Positions 9,742 through 17,982 of a stretch of DNA of 26,220 bases are shown here, piece by piece. This stretch comes from Myxococcota bacterium (GTDB taxonomy: Bacteria; Myxococcota_A; UBA796; CAJQPC01): NCBI GenBank assembly GCA_036012755.1, contig DASCPX010000154.1, positions 1 through 26,220 of the forward strand. The letters are read 5' to 3'. Under the pieces are notes generated by a model. It was not told the origin of the DNA and did not search any database. It was given only the letters and a program-made list of their open reading frames with translations. How positions within the stretch are numbered: position 1 is the first letter of the stretch; every line of letters starts with the position of its first letter. The translations under genes and the position numbers were made by a program.

Positions 9742-10379
9742 GGCAGCGCGATGCGGCCCACCACGTGGGTCTCCGGCACCGTCAGGCGGCGCAGCTCTGA
9801 CCGGGCCGCCTGCGGAATGGAGAGGAAGACCGCGCCAGCGCGGCTGTCCTCGATGTAGCGCACGATGACCTCGACGGGGACGAAGCGATTGTCGAGGAGG
9901 TCGATGCGGGCCTCCAAGCGAGTGCCCTCGACCAGGGGCAGGGACAGATCGCGGATGTCGAAGGCGATGCCGTTCTCGGAGACATCGACGATGTCCGCCT
10001 CGAGGTGGCGCCCGCCGATGGCGATGCGCAGCATCATGCCGGCCTTCGGCTGGGTGCGGGCCTGCTTGCGGCGCTCGGTGACCTCGATCCGGTGGGGCGT
10101 CGTGAGGCTCAAGTCGCCCGACTCGTCGATGCCGAGGAAGTCGCTGAGGAAGAGGAAGGGAGACCCGGCGAGCACGCCGCTGATCTTCACGGTCGCGCCC
10201 TATGGCGGGGTCGCGGCCAGCTCGACCGGCCGGAACAGGACCAGGCGAGACGCGGTGACCTCCACCACGTTTCCGATGGCCGGGCGGAGTCGGTTGGCGC
10301 GTAGCTTGACTGTGCCTTGGCGTGCGACGAGACGCCCCAAGAAGGTCGCGATCTCTCGCGAGGTGACGATGGCCTTCAT
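9738..10379 (-). pseudogene. YcgR/PilZ-domain c-di-GMP effector paralog with an in-frame TAG at codon 60 (pseudogene, read-through or base error)
   Basis: AGGAG RBS then ATG at 10379. MKAIVTSREIATFL...AATPP*GATVKISGV continues in the same frame into the 9738-10190 ORF. PilZ motifs ERRKQAR and DVSENG. 213 codons, collinear with the 212-aa neighbour. Confidence 0.8.
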
Positions 10380-10457
10380 GGCTTCTCCTGTGAGCGGGCG
10401 TCTTGCCCAACAACAGTGTCCCATACGGGCCCTGTAAAGGCCGTTTTCCCTCGGTTT

Positions 10458-11096
10458 TCAGCTCAGGCTCAGCTCCGCCAGCGGCCTGACCGCGCGGGTC
10501 TGGATGCCCCGGATCTCCCGGCGGGCCGGCTCCGGGATCGACAGGATGCGCACGCCGGCTCCACGAGCGTGGACATGGGCGACCTCGAGGTGGACCGGCA
10601 CGAAGCGGTTCCTCTCCAGGTCGAGACGACCTTCGAGGCGGGCACCCGGGCGAAGCTGGAAGGGGAGCTCAGAGGTCGAGAACCCCAGCCCGCCCTCGGA
10701 GAGGTCCACGAGGTCTGCTTCGTAGTGTCGTCCGCCGACCGCGAGCCGCAGCAGCATGCCGCGCGTGGGGGAGAAGCGCTCCGTCTCGCGGCGCTGGCGC
10801 ACGTCGATGCGGTAGGGGGCTCCGATGAGCCAGGCGTTGGCGTCCTGACCGAGGTAGTCGGCGACGAAGCCGAATGCTCCGCCCTCGTGCACACCGGTGA
10901 CCTGCACGCTCGCGCCCGGCCGCGGACCGAGCGTCCCCTCGGCGGCGACGAAGCGAAGGATGCGCGAATGGGTGACCTCGACGAAGCCGCCGAAGACGGT
11001 CGCCGCTGATGGCGGATGGAGGCGCGTGGGGACCTGGCGATCGACCAGCCCATGGAGGAACCGGACGATCTCTGGAGTGCTGGTGATGGCCTTCAT
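10458..11096 (-). CDS. PilZ-domain protein (YcgR-like N-domain + PilZ), c-di-GMP effector
   Basis: RxxxR motif (QRRETERF) and DxSxxG motif (DLSEGG). AGGAGG RBS upstream of the ATG. Paralog of the downstream gene. Confidence 0.85.
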   Translation of the reverse strand: MKAITSTPEIVRFLHGLVDRQVPTRLHPPSAATVFGGFVEVTHSRILRFVAAEGTLGPRPGASVQVTGVHEGGAFGFVADYLGQDANAWLIGAPYRIDVRQRRETERFSPTRGMLLRLAVGGRHYEADLVDLSEGGLGFSTSELPFQLRPGARLEGRLDLERNRFVPVHLEVAHVHARGAGVRILSIPEPARREIRGIQTRAVRPLAELSLS

Positions 11097-11149
11097 GGAC
11101 CCTCCTGACTTCCCTGCTCCCTCAGTGTTCCCACCACCCCAACGCGCGG

Positions 11150-11155
11150 TGTCAA
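11150..11155 (-). promoter_or_regulatory. Possible sigma70 -35 box (TTGACA) upstream of the PilZ pair
   Basis: Perfect TTGACA on the minus strand in the divergent intergenic gap, but no well-spaced consensus -10. Confidence 0.25.
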
Positions 11156-11250
11156 GAGTCCATTACAGGCCATTTCACGTCACCTCTTCGAGACCGGCGC
11201 ACTGACGGAGCCGAGGCCACGGACATTCGAGTCTGTGTTGTGATTGCGCC

Positions 11251-12621
11251 GTGAAGGTCGCACGGCTCGCGGTCGGGGTAGTGGCGTTTGCCGCCGTACT
11301 GGGTGCTCCGACCCCGGATGGCCTCTCCGTCGAGGGTCAGCGCTGTGCGGCGGTCGCCGTGCTGATGGCGGTCTGGTGGCTCGCCGGTGCGCTTCCGATG
11401 GCCGTGACCGCGCTCGTTCCGCTGGTCGCCTTCCCGGTCCTCGGCATCGCGGACGTCAAGGCCGCAGCCAGCCCCTTCGCCCACCCGCTGAACTTCCTGA
11501 TGCTCGGCGGCTTCATCATGGGCCACGCAATCGAGGAGGTCGGGCTCCACCGCCGGGTCACGGCCTCGCTGTTGTTCCCCGCTGTGCGGAAGCGGCCGCG
11601 GCTCATCGTCCTCGCGCTCATGGTCGCCGCCGCCGGGCTGTCCGGGATGGTCAGCAACACGGCCACGATGGTGATGATGCTGCCGATCGCGGCCACCCTC
11701 GCGTCGCGCGTCGCCCCCGGAGAGGCTGGTCGCAGCGCCTTCGCCCTGGCCCTGGCCTACGCCTGCTCGATCGGGGGCGTCTCGACCCTGATCGGCACAC
11801 CGCCCAACGCGGTCCTGGCCGGTCTCAGCCCCCGGCCCATCGCCTTCGGCCAGTGGATGCTGCTGGGGGTTCCCTTCGTCGTGGTGGCGCTGCCGCTGGC
11901 CTGGATGGTGGTGCTCAAGCTCGCGATGCCGAAGATGTCCGGTGTCGGAGGTGCCATCGAGGCTGGTCCGTGGAAGCGCGGCGAGCCGGCGGTGCTGATC
12001 GTGACCCTGGTCGCCCTCGCCCTGTGGCTGACCCGGCGCGGCCTGGGTCCGATCCCGGCCTGGGGTCTGGACCTGCACGACTCGTGGATCGCGATCGGCG
12101 CCGCGCTGTTGCTCTTCCTGCTTCCCGGTGACAACCGCGGACGCCTGCTCGCGTGGGACCGCGCCGAGAGGGCCATTCCCTGGTCAGTGATCCTGTTGCT
12201 CGGAGGGGGCTTCTCGCTCGCGGCCGGGATCTCGAGCTCCGGACTCACGGCCTGGCTGGCAGGCTTCATGGCCCAGCTGGGCGAGCTCCCGCTCCCCGTG
12301 ACCGTGCTGGGGCTCTGCCTGGGCATCTCCTTCGTCACCGAGCTGACCAGCAACACCGCGACGACCCAGATCAGCCTGCCGCTGTTGGCCGCGGGCGCCG
12401 AGATCGCCGGGGTCGACCCTCTGCTGTGGATGGTTCCTGCCACGATCTCGGCGAGCTGCGCCTTCATGATGCCCGTCGCCACCGCCCCCAACGCCATCGC
12501 CTGCGAGGCCGGCGGCGTCTCCGCCCAGATGATGGCCCGCTGTGGCGTGATCCTGAACATCGTCATCGCCTTCGTCGCAGCGGGCGTCGTGCTCCTCCTG
12601 GGCCCGCTGGTCTTCGGGTAG
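11251..12621 (+). CDS. DASS/SLC13 family sodium:dicarboxylate/sulfate symporter
   Basis: Many TM helices. Signature motifs SGMVSNTAT, IGTPPNA, IPWSVILLLGGG, TELTSNTATT and AFMMPVATAPNAI. GTG start. Confidence 0.92.
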   Translation: MKVARLAVGVVAFAAVLGAPTPDGLSVEGQRCAAVAVLMAVWWLAGALPMAVTALVPLVAFPVLGIADVKAAASPFAHPLNFLMLGGFIMGHAIEEVGLHRRVTASLLFPAVRKRPRLIVLALMVAAAGLSGMVSNTATMVMMLPIAATLASRVAPGEAGRSAFALALAYACSIGGVSTLIGTPPNAVLAGLSPRPIAFGQWMLLGVPFVVVALPLAWMVVLKLAMPKMSGVGGAIEAGPWKRGEPAVLIVTLVALALWLTRRGLGPIPAWGLDLHDSWIAIGAALLLFLLPGDNRGRLLAWDRAERAIPWSVILLLGGGFSLAAGISSSGLTAWLAGFMAQLGELPLPVTVLGLCLGISFVTELTSNTATTQISLPLLAAGAEIAGVDPLLWMVPATISASCAFMMPVATAPNAIACEAGGVSAQMMARCGVILNIVIAFVAAGVVLLLGPLVFG

Positions 12622-12652
12622 GAGGCCGAGCGGCGTGGCCGCCTGACCTCCT
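12620..12652. terminator. GC-rich hairpin immediately after the DASS stop
   Basis: aggagg-ccga-gcggc-gtg-gccgc-ctga-cctcct: outer and inner stems pair, but there is no U-tract. Confidence 0.3.
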
Positions 12653-12664
12653 CCCGGGGGTTCA

Positions 12665-12736
12665 CTCGTGGTCGTCGTCGTCGCGCTCGTCGTGGTCGTC
12701 GTCGTCGTCGTGGTCGTCGTCGCGTTCGTCGTCGAC
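12665..12736. repeat. (GTC)n low-complexity repeat; the minus strand reads DDERDDDHDDDDDHDERDDDDHE-stop
   Basis: Imperfect GTC triplet array. On the minus strand the interruptions keep an Asp/His/Glu/Arg reading that ends at TGA 12662-12664. Confidence 0.8.
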
Positions 12737-12816
12737 GGCTCCGGTTGCTCCTCGGCGCCCGCAGCTGGTGGGCTGCTGCTGGCACTGTTGGCCTTGCTCG
12801 CCGCCATCGGTCGGGG

Positions 12817-13551
12817 TCAGACCTGGAGACCTGGAACCCAGAAGGTCGAGCGCCCCGACTGCACGAAGCGCTCGATCGGCTCCCCCGAGACGGGGCAGGG
12901 TTCGCCCTCGCGGCCGTAGACCGAGAAGGGGTTGTCCGCCCCGGCGTCGCTGTTGACGTAGAGGATCTCGTCGCTCGTCTCGGCCTCTATTGTCTCGTCC
13001 AGGAAGGACCAGGCCGCCGTCGCGAGCCGATCCCACTCCTCGCCGGTGAGCTCGGGAACCCCTCGGCGTGGGTCGATCCCCGCGCGCCAGCAGATCTCGC
13101 TCCCGGCGATGTTCCCGAGCCCCGCGACGCAGCGCTGATCGAGCAGGGCCGGCTTGATCGGTCCCCGCTTGCGCGCGAGACACCGCCTCCACCACGCGCC
13201 ATCCCGCCGGGCCGGCCAGGGCTCCGGACCGAGCTCCAGCTTTGGGTCCTCGACCCAAGAGAGCGTCCCGAGCCGCCTGGCGTCGACGAAGCTCACCTCC
13301 CGCTGCCCGACAAGGAGCGCACGGGCTCGTGGGTGGCGGCCCTGGACCACCTTCCCGGTCATCCGGAAGTGCAGCACCACCGTGCCCTCGGAGCCGTGGA
13401 TCAAGCAGTACTTGCCTCGCCGCTCCACCTCTTCCAACTGCATGCGGACCGATGGCAGGCCGGGCTCCAGGCTGATCACTTCGAGGGCGCCGGAACCCAG
13501 CCACTTCCTGAGGTTTCGGCACATGATCTCGACCTCTGGCAGCTCGGGCAT
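12817..13551 (-). CDS. mutM: Formamidopyrimidine-DNA glycosylase (Fpg/MutM family)
   Basis: N-terminal MPELPEVE, RRGKY, HFRMTG, FVDARRLG, H2TH motif LLDQRCVAGLGNI, and finger region VYGREGEPC...GRSTFW. Confidence 0.92.
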   Translation of the reverse strand: MPELPEVEIMCRNLRKWLGSGALEVISLEPGLPSVRMQLEEVERRGKYCLIHGSEGTVVLHFRMTGKVVQGRHPRARALLVGQREVSFVDARRLGTLSWVEDPKLELGPEPWPARRDGAWWRRCLARKRGPIKPALLDQRCVAGLGNIAGSEICWRAGIDPRRGVPELTGEEWDRLATAAWSFLDETIEAETSDEILYVNSDAGADNPFSVYGREGEPCPVSGEPIERFVQSGRSTFWVPGLQV

Positions 13552-13558
13552 GGGCTTC

Positions 13559-13567
13559 TGCTAACGT
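13559..13567 (+). promoter_or_regulatory. Extended -10 element (TGcTAACGT), probably a leaderless promoter for the envelope operon
   Basis: TGnTAnnnT lies 6 nt upstream of GTG 13574, in a 22-bp divergent gap with no Shine-Dalgarno sequence. Confidence 0.45.
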
Positions 13568-13573
13568 GCGCCG

Positions 13574-14557
13574 GTGCTCTCCCTGACGCTGCTGCTCGGC
13601 GCTGCGAATGCCGGGCTCCTGAGCGAGAAGACCACCATGTCGGAGTGGCCCGAGCGCGAGATCGACGCCGATCTCGTGACTCCTCGCGGTTGGCTGCGCG
13701 TGGGCCTCGGCGCCGACATGAAGGTCTCGAGCGCGAGTCGTGACGACAGCGGCGCGCTCACGCCCCACGACGACGCGACCTGGACGTATTCGCGCCTGTG
13801 GCTGAAGCTCGACCAGGGCTTCTCCCAGCGCCTGAGCCTCTATTGCCACATCCCCTACGTCTATGCCCACCTGGACAACGCCCACGGGGCGGACGTCACG
13901 ACGCGGGCCTTCGGCGACATCCACACCGGCTTCGCTTACCAGCCCTGGATCGACACCCCGAACAAGCTCGCGATCGTCGCGGATCTGAAGGCCCCCAGCG
14001 GCGTCGAGTGGCCCAGCGACTTCTCCGGCGGAGAGGCCAGCACCGGCTCCTTCCTCACGGGCACGGGCATCACCAACGCGGGCTTGAGCCTGCGAGCCAG
14101 GCGCGCCATCGGTCCCGTCGCCCCACACCTGGACGTCGGCTACACCTTCAAGATCCCGACCGTCGTCGGATACGTCGTCCAGACAGACGGCTGGGGAAAC
14201 GGCTGGCTCGATCCCGGCGACGAGCTGCACGCCAGCGCCGGCCTGGACCTGCAGCTCGGAGACCGGCTGCTGTTGGGTGCCGGCGCCGTCTATTCCCGCC
14301 GCGGGGTCTACCGCGTGGGGATCGCTGGCGAGGGTGTCTGGAAGCTGGACCTGCACGACATCCCGGACAGCGACGGCTGGTTCCTCGACGCCCAGGGCAC
14401 GGCGAGCTTCGCCGTCAGCGAGCACCTCGGCCTGCGCTATGACCTCGGCTGGCAGGCCGCCGGGACCTCGACGGAGCTCTTCGACCACCTCGGCCTCGAG
14501 GAGTTCAGCCCGCAACCTGGCCTCACACATGGTTTGACCGCGGAGGTGCGCTGGTGA
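13574..14557 (+). CDS. Outer-membrane beta-barrel, COG4313/MetA-pathway 'transporter'-like
   Basis: Short signal peptide (MLSLTLLLGAANA). Amphipathic beta strands. Pattern GDI...DLKAPSG...LTGTG...LDPGDE resembles COG4313 barrels. C-terminal beta-signal AEVRW. Confidence 0.6.
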   Translation: MLSLTLLLGAANAGLLSEKTTMSEWPEREIDADLVTPRGWLRVGLGADMKVSSASRDDSGALTPHDDATWTYSRLWLKLDQGFSQRLSLYCHIPYVYAHLDNAHGADVTTRAFGDIHTGFAYQPWIDTPNKLAIVADLKAPSGVEWPSDFSGGEASTGSFLTGTGITNAGLSLRARRAIGPVAPHLDVGYTFKIPTVVGYVVQTDGWGNGWLDPGDELHASAGLDLQLGDRLLLGAGAVYSRRGVYRVGIAGEGVWKLDLHDIPDSDGWFLDAQGTASFAVSEHLGLRYDLGWQAAGTSTELFDHLGLEEFSPQPGLTHGLTAEVRW

Positions 14558-17500
14558 TCCTCCTCGCCATGCTCGCAAACGCCCAGGCCCGCGGCGGCTA
14601 CTACTACAACCACCAGGACGTGACCTGGCACACGCTCGAGACCGAGCACTTCTACTTCCACTGGCCCGAGTCGACCCAGCCAGAGGACGACCCCCACTAC
14701 TTCACGACCGAGTTCACGGCCTCCTCCCTCGCCGAGATCGCCGAGACCTCCTACCCGGCGATCTGCGGCCAGCTGGACCACTTCCTCGTAGAGAAGACCC
14801 ACGTCGTCATCTACGACCAGGACCGGGACTGGATGGGCAACGGCTTCGCCATCGCCGAGATGGACTGGACCGGCTTCGCCGCTCGCTGGGGTCCGGTGTT
14901 CCGCGAGCGCGGCCGCATGGAGTTCCTCACGGACGTCTTCGTCCACGAGTTCGCCCACATCGTCTCGCTCAAGGCCTACCTGCCCTACTCAGAGGGCACG
15001 ACCATGATCGACGTCGGCGGCCTCGCAGAGGACGAGGAGCACCTGCGCCGCTGGGGCTACGAGGGCCAAACCGGCGTCAACGCGGACATCGGCGTGAGCT
15101 GGCTCCACTCGGTCCACACCCCCTTCTACTGGGCGGAGGGCGGCGCCGAGTGGTGGTCCCACAACGCCGACTACAACTTCTGGGGTGCGAGCCGGGACGC
15201 CTACCTGCGCATGACGATCCTCGAGGACCGCATGCTCACCCACACGGAGTGGACCACCCGCATCGACAAGGAAGGCTTCGACGGCGAGCGCGGCTACAAC
15301 CAGGGCTACGCCTTCGCGCTCTACATGCGCGACCGCTTCGGGCGGGACACGTACTCGGAGATGGCCGCGGCCAGCGCCGAGCGCTGGCACCTGGAGTGGG
15401 ACGTGGTCATGGAAGAGGTCACCGGTGTCCCCGGGCCCCAGCTCTACGAGGACTTCAAGGCCTTCCTGGAGAAGGAATACGGCGCGGTCGCGGCCGAGGT
15501 CGAAGCGCGAGGAGCGGTCACGGGTCGGGAGCTCGCGCTGATCCAGCCTCTCTGGGAGAGGGACGACTCCACCGAGTGGGACGAGCTCTCCAAGGTGAAG
15601 CAGGACGCCGAGATCGACGGCGAGTCCGCCTGGGAGGACATGCCCGTGTGGTCCCCCACCGGCGAGCACTTCGCCTACTTCGGGCCAGAGGGCTTCACCC
15701 TGGTCGCGGCGGGGCCAGAGGCCTGGCCCAGCATGACCGGCGAGTACCTCGAAGAGGACGACGAGGCCCTCGAGGACTGGGACGACATCTGGTACGTCGA
15801 CTACTGGCTGCGCTACTCGCGTCCGAGCTTCTCCCCAGACGGCAAGAGGCTCGTGGGCTTCATGGGCGAGGACCACGTCGACGGCGTGCGCGGCGACCAG
15901 GGGCTCACCTTCAACGGCGACGGCTACAACTGGAACCAGCTCGTCATCGGTGAGATCGGCGAGGACCGCAAGGGCAGGCTCGAGGTCACCTGGGAGCCCG
16001 TGCAGAGCGCGCCGCTGCGCGTCGTGGACGCCGCCTTCCATCCCGACGGCGAGCGCGTCTTCTTCATCCGCTACTCCGATGGCACCCACAACCTCTGGGT
16101 GCACGATCTGGCAGGTGGATCCTCGGAGAAGCTCACCGACTTCGACGACGGCACCCAGCTCCAGGGCTTGTCCTTCAACGCAGACGGCAGCGGCCTGCTC
16201 ACGGCGGTCTACCGCAACTTCCAGCAGGACCCCTGGCTCTACGAGGTCGACACCGGGGCCTGGTGGCGGGTCTTCGACAGCCGCGCTGACGAGACCGACC
16301 CGGTCTTCGGCCCGGACGACACCATCTGGTTCACCTCGGATCTCGACGGCATCTTCAACGTCTACTCGATGAGCCTGGAGACTCGGCAGGTCATCAAGCA
16401 GACCGAGCTCTACGGCGGCGCCTACGGGGTCTCCGTCGCCCCGAGCGGGGACATCGCCTTCACCGCCATCACCGGCCACGGCTTCAAGGTGCGCATGCTT
16501 CGGGCGGACGAGCTCAAGGGCGCCCTCGTCGACTACCCGGGGGTCTGCAACGTCGATCCGGACGCCTGCCAGGATGACGACGCCTTCATGGGCTACCGGC
16601 CCCACGAGGTCCTGCCCGACGCGAGGTCGCTCTCGACGCCGTACAAGCCCCGAAAGGCGCTCTACCCGCTGGGTGGCTACCCGGTGCTGCGCGCCTCCGA
16701 CAAGAACGTGGAGGCTGGCTTCGGCTTCTGGCTGGGTGACTACACAGAGGCCCACTACCTCGATGGCATCGCCACCTTCGGCAAGGACAACTGGGTCTAC
16801 CTCGGGTACTGGAACGACGCCTTCTGGCCGACGATCAACCTCGGCTTCTCCCGCTACAGCTACAAGGGCCACTACGGCTACGGCGTAGACAACGACGGCG
16901 TCGCCGCCACAGACGATGTCACCGTCGTGGACGTGAAGTTCGAGCAGCTCGCCGACGATCTCTGGCTCTACACCAGCTACTACCCGAGCGACACGATCTG
17001 GGTCGGCGTCGGGGCCGACGTCAGCCGCTACTCCTTCCGGGACACCGGGGACGGCCCCGCGTACGTGCCCTACATCGTCAACAGCGGCGTGGGGGTCTTC
17101 GCCGAGTGGTCCCCGCAAGCGGTGGGCTACGGCTGGGGCGACGACTGGATCAACCCCCGCGGCGGGCGCCGGCTCTATGTCGACTACAGCCACCGCTGGA
17201 CCCAAGTCGTGGACCCGGAGATCGCCGGGTCCCTCTACGACGACGGCGAGCTCTTCGATCGCTACGCCTTCAACCAGGTGCTGCTGTCCTACTCCGAGTT
17301 CATCCCCGTGGGCTGGTTTGGACTCACGGACCACCACACCCTGCAGATCGACCTCGAGGGCGGCTACATCGACCGGAACGTGCTCGGCTGGGACGAGCTC
17401 ATCGCCGGAGGCAAGCACCCCTACCACTGGGGCAGCGGCACCGTCGGGAACAACGTGCAGTTCTCTGGCTACGAGGGCTGGTCGCTCTACGGCGAGACGA

Positions 17501-17982
17501 TGATCATCGCCAACGCCGCCTACCGCTTCCCCGTGGTGCGCGACCTCGACCTCAAGACGGGCCCCGTCTACACCGAGACGATCTACCTCCAGCTCTTCGG
17601 CAGCGTCGGCAACCTCTGGAGCTACCGCATCGAGGGTCCCTCCCACATCGAGGGCTACAGCGTCGTGCCCGACCCCGGCGCAGAGGTCGTCCGCGAGGTC
17701 CCCTTCAAGGACTACTCCGCCAAGAACAGCCCGAAGGACGACCCGAACTACGTGCTCTCTGACGTCGGCGCCGAGCTGCGCTTCCGGCAGTTCATCTGGA
17801 ACGACTGGGACTGGGACAGCTTCGTACGGGTCAGCTACGGCCTGAACCGGACCGCTGGCTACGGCGACGTCAACGCCGACTACGTGATGTCCTCTGTCGC
17901 CCGGGACGCGAGCTCTGAGCTCTCCGACGAGATCGAGGAACCAACGGTCCGGGTGTACGTCGGTCTCGGAACGGGGTGGTAG
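14554..17982 (+). CDS. Omp85/BamA-TamA-like outer-membrane protein with N-terminal gluzincin peptidase (HEXXH) and TolB/PD40-like beta-propeller
   Basis: GGAGG RBS and GTGA overlap. Signal MILLAMLANAQA. HEFAH (14944-14958) plus WAEGGAEW and GYNQGYAF. PD40-like repeats PVWSPTG, PSFSPDGKRL, AFHPDGERVFF, SFNADG, PVFGPDD. Barrel hallmarks WINPRGGRRL and FSGYEGWSLYGETMIIANAAYRFP. C-terminal VYVGLGTGW. Confidence 0.75.
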   Translation: MILLAMLANAQARGGYYYNHQDVTWHTLETEHFYFHWPESTQPEDDPHYFTTEFTASSLAEIAETSYPAICGQLDHFLVEKTHVVIYDQDRDWMGNGFAIAEMDWTGFAARWGPVFRERGRMEFLTDVFVHEFAHIVSLKAYLPYSEGTTMIDVGGLAEDEEHLRRWGYEGQTGVNADIGVSWLHSVHTPFYWAEGGAEWWSHNADYNFWGASRDAYLRMTILEDRMLTHTEWTTRIDKEGFDGERGYNQGYAFALYMRDRFGRDTYSEMAAASAERWHLEWDVVMEEVTGVPGPQLYEDFKAFLEKEYGAVAAEVEARGAVTGRELALIQPLWERDDSTEWDELSKVKQDAEIDGESAWEDMPVWSPTGEHFAYFGPEGFTLVAAGPEAWPSMTGEYLEEDDEALEDWDDIWYVDYWLRYSRPSFSPDGKRLVGFMGEDHVDGVRGDQGLTFNGDGYNWNQLVIGEIGEDRKGRLEVTWEPVQSAPLRVVDAAFHPDGERVFFIRYSDGTHNLWVHDLAGGSSEKLTDFDDGTQLQGLSFNADGSGLLTAVYRNFQQDPWLYEVDTGAWWRVFDSRADETDPVFGPDDTIWFTSDLDGIFNVYSMSLETRQVIKQTELYGGAYGVSVAPSGDIAFTAITGHGFKVRMLRADELKGALVDYPGVCNVDPDACQDDDAFMGYRPHEVLPDARSLSTPYKPRKALYPLGGYPVLRASDKNVEAGFGFWLGDYTEAHYLDGIATFGKDNWVYLGYWNDAFWPTINLGFSRYSYKGHYGYGVDNDGVAATDDVTVVDVKFEQLADDLWLYTSYYPSDTIWVGVGADVSRYSFRDTGDGPAYVPYIVNSGVGVFAEWSPQAVGYGWGDDWINPRGGRRLYVDYSHRWTQVVDPEIAGSLYDDGELFDRYAFNQVLLSYSEFIPVGWFGLTDHHTLQIDLEGGYIDRNVLGWDELIAGGKHPYHWGSGTVGNNVQFSGYEGWSLYGETMIIANAAYRFPVVRDLDLKTGPVYTETIYLQLFGSVGNLWSYRIEGPSHIEGYSVVPDPGAEVVREVPFKDYSAKNSPKDDPNYVLSDVGAELRFRQFIWNDWDWDSFVRVSYGLNRTAGYGDVNADYVMSSVARDASSELSDEIEEPTVRVYVGLGTGW

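Noticed and set aside
12665..12736. Possible CRISPR or other structured array
   Set aside because: Simple trinucleotide repeat with no repeat-spacer structure and no cas genes.
9738..14557. Functional link between the PUFA synthase and the PilZ, DASS or COG4313 barrel genes (c-di-GMP control or lipid export)
   Set aside because: Different strands and transcription units with mutM intervening; adjacency alone is not evidence.
12662..14578. 638-aa minus-strand ORF ending in the Asp/His tract
   Set aside because: It overlaps mutM in another frame and the barrel gene antisense; only the last ~24 codons look coding.
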